Source: a virus. Taken from it: DNA of 64,000 nucleotides. Location: positions 5,808-69,807 of IMG/VR virus record IMGVR_UViG_3300021962_000084; one strand, given 5' to 3'. This document shows, piece after piece, positions 30,884 to 40,916 of this stretch. The notes beneath the pieces were generated by a model that saw nothing but the letters and a program-made list of their open reading frames with translations, had not been told where the DNA came from and made no database searches. The position numbers and the translations under genes were made by a program. Numbering within the stretch: the stretch's first letter is position 1; every line of letters begins with the position of its first letter.

Positions 30884-31216
30884 ATGGCAAACGTATTTAA
30901 AAATAGTATGACGAGTGGAGTGGGTACAACTGGAGTTGTAGCTTACACAACCCCATCAGCAACAACAACTACAATCATAGGTGTAAGTGTAGCAAATATA
31001 AATTCAAATAATATATCAGTTAGTGTAATGGCTAGAGATAGTTCGGAAAATAAAACTGTATATTTAGTGAAGGATGCTCTCATCACACCAAATTCATCAA
31101 CTGTTTTGGTTGGTGGAGAGCAAAAAGTTGTTTTAGAAGCAAATGATTTTCTTTCCGTAACATCATCACTTGTTTCTTCAGCAGATATAATTGTTTCAGC
31201 ATTGGAGTTGAGTTAA
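30884..31216 (+). CDS. Small beta-rich virion adaptor protein
   Basis: 110 aa; paralogous to the ends of ORF 17236..18159. Confidence 0.7.
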   Translation: MANVFKNSMTSGVGTTGVVAYTTPSATTTTIIGVSVANINSNNISVSVMARDSSENKTVYLVKDALITPNSSTVLVGGEQKVVLEANDFLSVTSSLVSSADIIVSALELS

Positions 31217-31231
31217 AACTAAAATAAATAG

Positions 31232-34200
31232 ATGAGTAGTTTCATAGGTATTGACCCAAATGGTTTAAATCAAATAAGTTCTAGCGTAATATCACTTTAT
31301 GTTAGTGGAAGCCCTGTTATTAACGCTTCGCCAAAATCAGTAAGTATTGTTAATGCAGCAGCTTTTTCCGCTTCAATAATTGAAGTTAGTACAATTGATT
31401 CTCCGGGTAGTTCTTCACTTGTAATAAGTGCAAACACACAAATAACAGGAGGACTTAACATTTCTGGATCTGTATCTGCATCTTTTTTAAGAGGAGACGG
31501 TAGTGGAATTACGAATATATCCGCTGAATCTATTGGTGACATTAATAGAATTAAATCAGGTTCAGCAATCGCTCAAATATCTCCAAACAGAGGTTTGGAA
31601 ATTAATAAAGGTGTTACTATAAATGAATTTTTAATTCTAACTGGGAGTGCAAATATCAGTAGTAATCTAACAGTAGGTGGAAAAATTACAGCTACTGAAT
31701 TACATACAACATTTATTTCATCATCAATAATATATGCTACTGGTTCAAACAAATTTGGTGATAATGTTACTGATAGACAAGAAATTACTGGTAGTTTAAA
31801 CATAAGTGGTTCGATAGTAGTAACCGGAGATACAATACCAACTGATAATACAACAAATGAAGTGTTGGTATTGAATACAACTACCGGTAGAATTAGTAGA
31901 AGATTTGCAGCAGCAACTTCTGGTACTTCTGGTACATCAGGTACATCGGGAAGTAGTGGTTCAAGTGGAACTTCTGGCACATCAGGAACTTCTGGCACAT
32001 CAGGAACTTCTGGCACATCGGGAAGTAGTGGTTCAAGTGGCTCAAGCGGAAGTAGTGGTACATCAGGAACTTCTGGTTCAAGCGGAACAAGAGGTACTTC
32101 TGGAAGTAGTGGTTCAAGTGGCTCATCTGGAACAAGCGGCTCATCTGGAACAAGCGGTAGTAGTGGTACTTCTGGGACAAGCGGCTCTTCAGGAACTTCT
32201 GGAAGTTCTGGTTCAAGTGGAAGTAGTGGAACATCTGGTTCAAGCGGTAGTAGTGGTTCTTCGGGAAGTAGTGGTAAAGATGGTTCAAGCGGCTCATCTG
32301 GAACTACTGGAACATCGGGTTCATCTGGAACTTCTGGTTTAACAGGAACTTCTGGTTCAAGTGGCTCTAGCGGAAGTAGTGGTGTAAGTGGTTCAAGTGG
32401 AAGTAGTGGAACTTCTGGTTCTAGCGGTAGTAGTGGTGTGAGTGGAGCAGGTGGAACTGCGGGTACATCTGGTAGTACAGGTACATCCGGCTCATCTGGT
32501 ATTTCTGGTTCAAGTGGCTCTAGCGGTAGTAGTGGAAGTAGTGGAACTTCTGGTTCAAGTGGTTCTTCTGGTTTAACTGGTGCTGGTGGTGGTAGTGGTT
32601 CTTCTGGTTCAAGTGGAAGTAGTGGCACAAGCGGAAGTTCTGGAACATCCGGTTCATCTGGAAGTAGTGGTTCATCCGGTACAAGCGGTTCATCTGGAAG
32701 TAGTGGTATTTCTGGAGGTGCTGGTACAAGTGGTTCTTCTGGTACAAGTGGTTCAAGCGGAGTAAGTGGAAGTAGTGGGTCATCTGGGTCATCAGGTACT
32801 TCAGGTATATCTGGTTCATCTGGAAGTAGTGGTTCAAGTGGTTCATCTGGAACTAGCGGAAGTAGCGGTAAAGATGGAACAAGTGGTTCTGCTGGAACAA
32901 GTGGAAGTAGTGGAGTGAGTGGAAGTAGTGGTACATCTGGAAAAGATGGTACGGCTGGTTCGTCTGGTAGTAGTGGTTCGTCTGGTTCGTCTGGTAGTAG
33001 TGGAGCAGCAGGTACGAGTGGTAGTAGTGGAACTAGTGGCTCAAGTGGAACACGTGGTACTTCTGGTAGTAGTGGAGTAAGTGGTTCATCTGGAAGTAGT
33101 GGCTCATCGGGAACTAGCGGTTCATCGGGAACATCTGGGTCAAGTGGTACAACTGGAAGTTCTGGTAGTGGTGGTTCATCTGGCTCATCCGGTAGTAGTG
33201 GTTCAAGTGGAAGTAGTGGAAGTAGTGGTACAAGTGGCTCAAGTGGAAGTAGTGGAAGCTCGGGAACAAGTGGCACATCGGGAACTTCTGGTACACAAGG
33301 TACATCAGGTTCTTCTGGATTATTAGCATTAACTGGTACAACTAATAATGGTGTAATCACATTAGATGGAACTGCACCAAATGGTACAGTTGAAGCAAAT
33401 TTAACTTTTGATGGTACTACATTAGCAGTAACTGGTAACGCTACAATTAGTGGTAATCTTACTGTAAGTGGTACAACAACATATATTAATACAACAACTT
33501 TAAATGTAGGTGATAATATCATCACATTAAATGCTGATTTTGCATCTGGTGCACCAACTGAAAATGCTGGTATTGAAGTAAGGAGAGGTTCATCATCAAC
33601 GGTTTCTTTCTATTGGAATGAATCAACTGATAGATGGTATGCAGATAATACATTAGAAGTAGCTGGTAACGTTGTTCTTAGTGGTACAATTGATACGGGA
33701 CAAGGAGCAACCGAAGTTTACTTAATGAACCAAAATATTAGAACTACGGATTCTCCAACTTTCGCAGGTTTAATATTGAATGGTACATTAGATATGAATA
33801 ACAATGACATTACTGAAGTTAATGCATTGACATTTAATGATCCTGGTCCAAACGAAGGTATTAATTGGGCTGGTGGAAACCTTTGGAGAATATATGAATC
33901 TCCTGATGATTTAACAACAAACTCTGCTGGTAATTTACAAATAGTCCAAGGTACAACTAGGAGAGGAACTTGGGATACATCTGGTAACTACACACAAATT
34001 GGAAATATCTATGCAGATTCAATAATTGATAGAAATAATAACTCATATAATTTAGACCCAGCAGGAAGCTCGAATCTATATGGGTTAAGAATATATAATG
34101 CATTTGATACAGCAACATCAGATGTTTATGCTAGTGTAAGAGTTATTAGAAATAATGGTTCTAATGCCGGTAATGATGGTATGTTTATTGGTTATGGTAA

Positions 34201-37200
34201 TGCAGGTGGTGGTATAACTAGAATATTTGGTGGTGGTGCAACTGGTGGAGCATTGGAAAAATACTCAACTTATACATATGAACCGGGTTCATTTAGAGCA
34301 CCAATATTCTATGATTCTGATGATACAAACTATTATTTAAACCCAGCATCAACATCTGTTTTAAATACTAATGTTGTAAGCATACATAGATTAGATAGCA
34401 ATTATGGTGAAAGATTATTTGGAATTTCTTTCCCGAATGGTACAGCTAACCAAGCATTTGATATACGAATAGGTAACGTATCTCTTTGGGGTTATATTGA
34501 AGTTGAAATAACAGGAACATATTCATTCCAAAATACACCTGGTAAATTAACCAAAAGTTTTGCAATTGGTACAAATCCCGGTAATAACATCTATGCAAAT
34601 ACAAGTAGAGTATCCGATGTTATGGGACCTATTGCAGATAATATTTCCATTGGAGAATTTGCATGGGATTCTGGAAATAGTACCTTTAGAATACCAATTT
34701 CTCATATAGTTTCATCTGGAAACTCATACACTGTTAAAATAAGAGTGTTTAGCCATGGTGGTGGTGTAGGAAGTCATTTGGCATCAATGACAATGTCACC
34801 AATATACACATTATCTGCATTAGCACAACATACCGCAGTAACATTTAATACAAATGTTTTTGTAAGTGGTGAGGTGAGAGGAACATTGTTTAGAGATATA
34901 GATGATAACAATTATTATCTAAATCCAAACAGTACTTCTCGTATTAGAAGAACTGATATTGTAGCAAGTGGAGCTGGATGGGATGACCAATTAAATCTTT
35001 ACTCATCGGACCAAAGTAATAGATGGAATATCTTAACGGATAGTGGTGCATCAAATTATTTAAGATTTGCATATAATAATTCGGAAAGATTTAGAATGCA
35101 ACCAAATGGAGATACCTATAACTTTGGTGCATTTTTAGCAGATATTTATTATGATAGAAACAATACAGCATATTACATTGACCCAACATCAACTCAATCA
35201 ATAAGAACTGTTGGTGATTGGAGAAGTGATTCATCTACATGGACAGGTGAATTTGCAGGTAAGATTCAATATCATAGTACTAACTGGTATTTCCAATACG
35301 CTGGTTCATTTATATTCAGAAATAGTGGAGGTTCAAACGTAACTTATGGTGATACATCTGGTAACCTTTGGGCAGTAGCATCAATGCGCTCTCCTGTTTT
35401 TTATGATAATGATGATACAACGTATAGAGTTGACCCTAATGGTAATTCGGTATTAGTAAACACATTTGCTAGTAGATACTTTACGCTTTACAATAACTTT
35501 GGTGATACAACAAATAATGCACCTTGGTATGGATTGGGTGGTTCTAATGTTGGAGGACCTTTTGGTGGTTCTATGGTTCAATTAGCTGGTTATTATGGCT
35601 TACGATTAAGAAGTGCAAACATAACTTTTGAATTAGATGGACCTAACTATGGTGCATCTTGGACTTGGACAAATAATAACTTTGCATCTGCGGCACAAGT
35701 AAGAGGAACATCTTTTTATGATTACAATAATACAGCATATTATTTAGACCCGAATGGTACATCTAACTTATATGATGTTTATTCATATTCTTATAGAGGT
35801 AATGGTAACGTTGGTGGAACTGGAAACGCATCTTGGCATCCATCTGGTATTTACTCTGCTGGATATAACTGGTTGTATGGTGGTATCAATGGTGGTGGTA
35901 GTTCTGGTACAAACTTTAGTGATTTAAGAGCAAATATATTCTATGATTATAATGACACTAACTATTTTATAGACCCTAATACAACTGCAACTTCATTAAG
36001 AATAGCTGGTGGTATCAAACAAAGAAATATAGTTGGTAGACCTTACGCTGTTTGGGGTTCTAGTGGAACAACTGGAGCAGTAGTTATTAAATTCCCTGGT
36101 GGAATTGGTAACTATGGTATGATTCATGCTGTAATTGACATTTATGAATATAATGGAAGTGCGGCAGCAACCGTAATAGTTGGTGGACATAACTGGAATG
36201 GTGCATGGTATAACTATAATGCAAACGTTGTAGGATATACTGATAAGCAAGTTAGAGTTGGTGTTAAAGATGGTAGATATTGTATCGTAATTGGTACTGG
36301 TGGTTCTTCTTGGTCTTATGGGCAGGTGGTTCTTCGTAAAATACAAAATGGTACATATTACGATGGAGTGATGGATGTTGCTGAAGGATATTCGGTAGCA
36401 ATCGAATCCGATTCATATAGCTGGATTTCTGGTGACCTTCAAGTTCTTAGAAGTAGAGACATCTATGGTGTAAACTATGTACAAGCGCCAATATTCTACG
36501 ATACAAACTCAGCATATTTTGGAGATTTTGGTTCTGAAATAAGAATGCCTTACGCAAATGGAGGTACTATGAGATTGAGAACTAATACACATTGGGATTC
36601 TCAATCTGGTATTGACCTTATTGGTGGGGCTGGTGAATTCCGTATGAGTTCGGATAGTGGTAATCTTAATCTTAGAATTGATGGTTGGTTAATTGCATAC
36701 GATTATGTTCAGGGATTGGGAGCAATGTATTCTCCAATTTATTATGATAGTGATAACTCAGGATATTATACAAATCCTGCAGGATATTCTAACATGAACG
36801 AAGGTAACTTTGCTGGTAGAGTATGGTATAGCAACTATTTGGTAAGTAGGAATAGTGGTGGTATGATGGGTGATTACAATGTAAATGGTACATCATCTAA
36901 AGTAATTTGGACTATTGGTGAATCTTGGCCAATCGGTAATATGTACGGATTGGGTTATGAGTATGGAAGTGGATATGACCATCACTTAGCATTGAGAAAT
37001 AATGGTACAACTTACTCTCGTTTTGGATTTGCCGGTGGAGCATTTATTGGTGGTAACTTAACATTAGGTTCTGATTTATATGCATATAGATTTTACGATA
37101 GAGATAATACAGGATATTATGATGACCCGGCTGGAACATCTCGTAGAAACTATGATGTAACTAATAGAATTAAACTTGTTAATAACGTAAACAATGAACC

Positions 37201-40200
37201 TCGTTGGGATTTCTCAGCTTATGTAGTTGAGGCACAACATTGGTATGGTAACAATTCATCTATGACAATGTATATGGGTGAGGGTAGTAATACAATTCAA
37301 ATACCTGGTAGTGGTGGTATTAGACCTCAACTAATGTATGATTATAATGATACATCATATTATGTTGACCCTAGAAGTACAACTAATTTATACGCAATTA
37401 CTGATTATACTCGTAGAGCAGCATTTAACTTAGGTAGAATGCTTACAACCCGTAGAGATATTACATCAGACCAAAACCATTGGACTGGTACGTGGGGTTG
37501 GGGTACATCTTATGGTACGTGGGCAAGTGCTTGGGAAGCTGGATTTAGTGGATGGGATATTTGGGGTAGTGGAACTGACCACCCGCAAGGTGGTGGATAT
37601 GTTCATGCTCAAGGTATTGTTTCTGGTCAACACTATGCAACATCTGGTGGTGGAACTGCTTATGGCTGGCAAATGGTTGGTGCTGGAGATGCTGATAGCC
37701 GTTGGTGGTTAAGAGGTAAGTGGGGTGGTACTGTTCGTCCGTGGTATGAGATAATGCTGTATGGTAGAAACATCGGTGGTGGTACATTCTATGCTGGATA
37801 TTGGTACGATGGAAATGATACTGGATATTATGTAGACCCTAATGGTTCTACACAATTAAGAACGGTGTATGCAAACGACTGGTTCAGACCACAAGGATGT
37901 ACTGGTATTTATTTACAATCTTATGATAAAGGTATTTGGTCTCCTGAATGTGCCGGAAACACTTATGGCACTGTAAACACTTATGGTAGTGGTAGAAATG
38001 GATGGTACGGATGGGGTATTAGTTCTCGTTATGTATTAATGACAACAACCGGCGATAACGTTGGTATGCATGATAATAGCAGAAGTTGGATTTGGTATAT
38101 GAGTGGTGGTGACCTTAACTTATATTGGGCAGGTAACCGTAGAGCGTTAATTACCGATTACGGAGTGTATTCCGATAACCAAGTTAGAGCAGCTATATAT
38201 TATGACCACAATACTTCATTTTATTTTAATGGTGATGGTGATAGTAGATGGAATGGCTTGGATGATTACTCTAAAATGAGAATTGGATTGACCGGCAGAG
38301 GTAACTTCCGTAGAAACGATTATACATCAGATACTGCTTATTGGGTTGGTTCAATGGGTTGGGGTACAACTGATATGAATTCAGTAGCCTCTTGGGGCTC
38401 CGGCTTTATTGATTCTTGGTCAAACCCTGGAAACCAACCTAGCGGAACAAGCCATTGGGTTGGTACACAAGCGTTCCACTATGCGTATGGTGGAAATAGT
38501 AACACTGGTTGGCAGTTGGTTGGAGGTCCGATAAGTAACTTAAGGTTTAGAAATGCCTGGGGTGGTTGGTCTGGATGGACAACTGTTGCAATGCATGACC
38601 GTAATGATGGTAGTGGTGGTTGGTTATATGCTGGTGGATACTATGATGCAAATAATACTGGATATTATGTAAATCCTGACTCCACATCTGAATTTTATAG
38701 AGTAAATGTAGCAGAATATCTATATGCTAGAAATGGTTGTGGTAGAATTTATCTTTCAGGTAACTTACACATAGATTCTTTCTGTGGAAATGACATTTAT
38801 TTACAATATTATTCAAATAGACCAATAAGAATGTATTATTGGTTAGAAATGAATGGTTATGACATTTATGGTGTTAGTGGTTTATATGCAACTATAATGT
38901 ATGACCGTAATAATACGGGATACTATATAGACCCAGCATCTTCATCGCAACTTCACTATGTGATGGCAAACAACTGGTTTAGACCGCAAGGTTGTACTGG
39001 TGTTTATTGGAATGATTATGGACATGGTATTTGGTCTCCTGAATGTGAGGGTAACCCGTATGGACATATCGCAACTTATGGTGGTGGTAGAAACGGATGG
39101 TATGGGTATGGTGTAGGTAGTAGATATACCTTAATGAGTACTTTAGGTCATAACTTTGGTCTACATGATACATCTTATGGTTGGATTTGGTATATGAGTG
39201 GTGGTGAATTACAAATGTACTATAATGGTTCTAGAAGAATGGTTACTACCGGATGGGGTGTTTATGTAGACCAATATTTAGAAGCTGGTTCTTCGTTAAG
39301 AGCACCAATATTCTATGATAACCAAGATACTGGATACTATTTAGACCCACATAATACCGATGACCAAGGTTTAAGAATGAGAGGTGGTGCACTTCACGGA
39401 CCTAACTGGTGGTGGGGAGCTTATCTAAGAGTTGGTACAAATAGTAGAGTTGATAGCTGGGCAAGTATGTTCACATCAAATGGTAACTTACACATTGATT
39501 CTCGTAATGGTTACCCAATGTATCTTAACTGGCATAATGGTAACGTTGTTTATGTTGAAAACTCAATAGAGGCACAAATCTTCTATGATAGAAATGATAC
39601 TGGATACTATTTTGGTTCAAGTTCTGGTGATGGTAGATTTAGATACACTAACACAAATGGTGGTTTCTCACAATCAAACAACCAATTCCAATTTAACGTA
39701 AACAGAGGTTACTATAATGGTAGTACCAATACAGGTAACTTACAAGCATATTCGGAAGGTAATAACTCGGCATTCTTCTCTTGGCATAAGACGGGTGTAT
39801 ATGCAACAAATATGGGATTGGATGGTGATAACGTTATTCGTATTGGTGGATGGTCTATGTCAGCAAATAGATGGCAATTAGACCCATCTGGTAATATGTA
39901 TGCAGCTGGTAACGTTGTAGCATATTCATCTGATGAAAGATTGAAAGAAAATATCACTACAATTCCTAATGCATTAAAAATGTTAAACGAATTGAGAGGT
40001 GTTTATTTTGATTGGAAACCTATTGTTGACAGTTTAGGATTTTATCCTGAAGATAGACATGATATTGGAGTTATTGCACAAGAAGTTGAAAGAGTAATAC
40101 CACAAGCTATTAAACCAGCTCCGTTTGATGCACTTTCTGATGGTAAATCATTATCTGGACAGAATTATAAAACTGTACAACTTGAAAAAATTGTTCCTGT

Positions 40201-40300
40201 ATTAATTCAATCTGTAAAAGAACAACAAAAAATTATCGAAGAACAAAGTTCGGAAATTGAAAAATTGAAAAAAATAGTTTATGAATTTATAAACAAATAA
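31232..40300 (+). CDS. Long tail fibre (3022 aa) with Gly-X-X tract and C-terminal peptidase S74 intramolecular chaperone
   Basis: C-terminal YSSDERLKENI...LRGVYFDWK...DIGVIAQEVERVIP plus a coiled-coil is the S74 autocleaving chaperone signature; 15-17 YDxxxTxYYxDP linker repeats separate Trp/Gly/Tyr-rich modules. Confidence 0.85.
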   Translation: MSSFIGIDPNGLNQISSSVISLYVSGSPVINASPKSVSIVNAAAFSASIIEVSTIDSPGSSSLVISANTQITGGLNISGSVSASFLRGDGSGITNISAESIGDINRIKSGSAIAQISPNRGLEINKGVTINEFLILTGSANISSNLTVGGKITATELHTTFISSSIIYATGSNKFGDNVTDRQEITGSLNISGSIVVTGDTIPTDNTTNEVLVLNTTTGRISRRFAAATSGTSGTSGTSGSSGSSGTSGTSGTSGTSGTSGTSGSSGSSGSSGSSGTSGTSGSSGTRGTSGSSGSSGSSGTSGSSGTSGSSGTSGTSGSSGTSGSSGSSGSSGTSGSSGSSGSSGSSGKDGSSGSSGTTGTSGSSGTSGLTGTSGSSGSSGSSGVSGSSGSSGTSGSSGSSGVSGAGGTAGTSGSTGTSGSSGISGSSGSSGSSGSSGTSGSSGSSGLTGAGGGSGSSGSSGSSGTSGSSGTSGSSGSSGSSGTSGSSGSSGISGGAGTSGSSGTSGSSGVSGSSGSSGSSGTSGISGSSGSSGSSGSSGTSGSSGKDGTSGSAGTSGSSGVSGSSGTSGKDGTAGSSGSSGSSGSSGSSGAAGTSGSSGTSGSSGTRGTSGSSGVSGSSGSSGSSGTSGSSGTSGSSGTTGSSGSGGSSGSSGSSGSSGSSGSSGTSGSSGSSGSSGTSGTSGTSGTQGTSGSSGLLALTGTTNNGVITLDGTAPNGTVEANLTFDGTTLAVTGNATISGNLTVSGTTTYINTTTLNVGDNIITLNADFASGAPTENAGIEVRRGSSSTVSFYWNESTDRWYADNTLEVAGNVVLSGTIDTGQGATEVYLMNQNIRTTDSPTFAGLILNGTLDMNNNDITEVNALTFNDPGPNEGINWAGGNLWRIYESPDDLTTNSAGNLQIVQGTTRRGTWDTSGNYTQIGNIYADSIIDRNNNSYNLDPAGSSNLYGLRIYNAFDTATSDVYASVRVIRNNGSNAGNDGMFIGYGNAGGGITRIFGGGATGGALEKYSTYTYEPGSFRAPIFYDSDDTNYYLNPASTSVLNTNVVSIHRLDSNYGERLFGISFPNGTANQAFDIRIGNVSLWGYIEVEITGTYSFQNTPGKLTKSFAIGTNPGNNIYANTSRVSDVMGPIADNISIGEFAWDSGNSTFRIPISHIVSSGNSYTVKIRVFSHGGGVGSHLASMTMSPIYTLSALAQHTAVTFNTNVFVSGEVRGTLFRDIDDNNYYLNPNSTSRIRRTDIVASGAGWDDQLNLYSSDQSNRWNILTDSGASNYLRFAYNNSERFRMQPNGDTYNFGAFLADIYYDRNNTAYYIDPTSTQSIRTVGDWRSDSSTWTGEFAGKIQYHSTNWYFQYAGSFIFRNSGGSNVTYGDTSGNLWAVASMRSPVFYDNDDTTYRVDPNGNSVLVNTFASRYFTLYNNFGDTTNNAPWYGLGGSNVGGPFGGSMVQLAGYYGLRLRSANITFELDGPNYGASWTWTNNNFASAAQVRGTSFYDYNNTAYYLDPNGTSNLYDVYSYSYRGNGNVGGTGNASWHPSGIYSAGYNWLYGGINGGGSSGTNFSDLRANIFYDYNDTNYFIDPNTTATSLRIAGGIKQRNIVGRPYAVWGSSGTTGAVVIKFPGGIGNYGMIHAVIDIYEYNGSAAATVIVGGHNWNGAWYNYNANVVGYTDKQVRVGVKDGRYCIVIGTGGSSWSYGQVVLRKIQNGTYYDGVMDVAEGYSVAIESDSYSWISGDLQVLRSRDIYGVNYVQAPIFYDTNSAYFGDFGSEIRMPYANGGTMRLRTNTHWDSQSGIDLIGGAGEFRMSSDSGNLNLRIDGWLIAYDYVQGLGAMYSPIYYDSDNSGYYTNPAGYSNMNEGNFAGRVWYSNYLVSRNSGGMMGDYNVNGTSSKVIWTIGESWPIGNMYGLGYEYGSGYDHHLALRNNGTTYSRFGFAGGAFIGGNLTLGSDLYAYRFYDRDNTGYYDDPAGTSRRNYDVTNRIKLVNNVNNEPRWDFSAYVVEAQHWYGNNSSMTMYMGEGSNTIQIPGSGGIRPQLMYDYNDTSYYVDPRSTTNLYAITDYTRRAAFNLGRMLTTRRDITSDQNHWTGTWGWGTSYGTWASAWEAGFSGWDIWGSGTDHPQGGGYVHAQGIVSGQHYATSGGGTAYGWQMVGAGDADSRWWLRGKWGGTVRPWYEIMLYGRNIGGGTFYAGYWYDGNDTGYYVDPNGSTQLRTVYANDWFRPQGCTGIYLQSYDKGIWSPECAGNTYGTVNTYGSGRNGWYGWGISSRYVLMTTTGDNVGMHDNSRSWIWYMSGGDLNLYWAGNRRALITDYGVYSDNQVRAAIYYDHNTSFYFNGDGDSRWNGLDDYSKMRIGLTGRGNFRRNDYTSDTAYWVGSMGWGTTDMNSVASWGSGFIDSWSNPGNQPSGTSHWVGTQAFHYAYGGNSNTGWQLVGGPISNLRFRNAWGGWSGWTTVAMHDRNDGSGGWLYAGGYYDANNTGYYVNPDSTSEFYRVNVAEYLYARNGCGRIYLSGNLHIDSFCGNDIYLQYYSNRPIRMYYWLEMNGYDIYGVSGLYATIMYDRNNTGYYIDPASSSQLHYVMANNWFRPQGCTGVYWNDYGHGIWSPECEGNPYGHIATYGGGRNGWYGYGVGSRYTLMSTLGHNFGLHDTSYGWIWYMSGGELQMYYNGSRRMVTTGWGVYVDQYLEAGSSLRAPIFYDNQDTGYYLDPHNTDDQGLRMRGGALHGPNWWWGAYLRVGTNSRVDSWASMFTSNGNLHIDSRNGYPMYLNWHNGNVVYVENSIEAQIFYDRNDTGYYFGSSSGDGRFRYTNTNGGFSQSNNQFQFNVNRGYYNGSTNTGNLQAYSEGNNSAFFSWHKTGVYATNMGLDGDNVIRIGGWSMSANRWQLDPSGNMYAAGNVVAYSSDERLKENITTIPNALKMLNELRGVYFDWKPIVDSLGFYPEDRHDIGVIAQEVERVIPQAIKPAPFDALSDGKSLSGQNYKTVQLEKIVPVLIQSVKEQQKIIEEQSSEIEKLKKIVYEFINK
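31922..33319 (+). repeat. Gly-X-X (GSS/GTS) coding repeat, ~466 codons
   Basis: Continuous G-X-X register in the translation. Confidence 0.95.
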
Positions 40301-40330
40301 TAATTGGTTACCTTTTTTAAAAAATACACA

Positions 40331-40338
40331 TATTTATA
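40331..40338 (+). promoter_or_regulatory. TATTTATA motif, putative late promoter
   Basis: Intergenic, upstream of the ATG at 40356. Confidence 0.6.
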
Positions 40339-40355
40339 CATAAAAGAAATATATT

Positions 40356-40781
40356 ATGGCATATACAGAACAATGGAGTCTTAAAAGTCTAAAAAAGCAA
40401 AATTATAATGGACTTGAGGGTGTTATCATTGGCACTCAATGGGAAGTAAAAGTAATTGATACTGATGGATATAGTGGTAGTTTTCAAGGAGCTACACCAT
40501 TTCCAGCAGCAGATGTAAATGTTGATTCATTCACATCGTATAGTGAACTTACTCAAGAACAAGTATTGGGATGGATTAAAAATCATGTAAGTGGTTCTAA
40601 CCCATCTACAAATTACTGGAATCATATTATGGGTAGAATTCAGAAAGATATTGATGGGCAGAAATATACTGTTACCAGCGTAAATGAATATGAATTACCT
40701 TGGTATACTGGTTCATTATCTGGTTCAGTAACACCTGACCCACTTGCTAATGAAGCAAGATATATGGCACAACCAGAATAA
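40356..40781 (+). CDS. Hypothetical fibre-associated protein
   Basis: 141 aa; the FTSYSELTQEQVLGWIK motif is of a type seen in small genes next to S74 fibres; follows the fibre gene. Confidence 0.65.
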   Translation: MAYTEQWSLKSLKKQNYNGLEGVIIGTQWEVKVIDTDGYSGSFQGATPFPAADVNVDSFTSYSELTQEQVLGWIKNHVSGSNPSTNYWNHIMGRIQKDIDGQKYTVTSVNEYELPWYTGSLSGSVTPDPLANEARYMAQPE

Positions 40782-40801
40782 TGGTTTTTAGTTCAAATAT
40801 T

Positions 40802-40846
40802 AAAAAGACCCAAACATTAATATTAAAATTGTGTTTTGGGTCTTTT
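40802..40846 (+). terminator. Intrinsic terminator-like inverted repeat, possibly bidirectional
   Basis: AAAAGACCCAAA...TTTGGGTCTTTT arms with an AT-rich loop, between the fibre block and the sheath gene. Confidence 0.65.
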
Positions 40847-40851
40847 CATTA

Positions 40852-40859
40852 TATTTATA
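40852..40859 (+). promoter_or_regulatory. TATTTATA motif, putative late promoter for sheath/tube
   Basis: Immediately after the terminator and upstream of the ATG at 40917. Confidence 0.65.
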
Positions 40860-40916
40860 TGTGTATTTTTATAACATTAATAAATACAAACCTAAAATAC
40901 AAATTGGAGAAATAAA

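Noticed and set aside
25415-33319. Short recurring DNA repeats as a possible CRISPR array
   Set aside because: The repeats are degenerate codon-level repeats in open frames, with no constant repeat plus unique spacer pattern and no cas genes.
31573-33525. 650-aa minus-strand Pro/Leu/Glu-rich ORF and nested small ORFs
   Set aside because: Antisense shadow of the second Gly-X-X tract.
37870-39270. Duplicated fibre module as a possible diversity-generating retroelement TR/VR pair
   Set aside because: Mismatches are not confined to adenines, both copies are in-frame parts of one CDS, and no reverse transcriptase is in the window.
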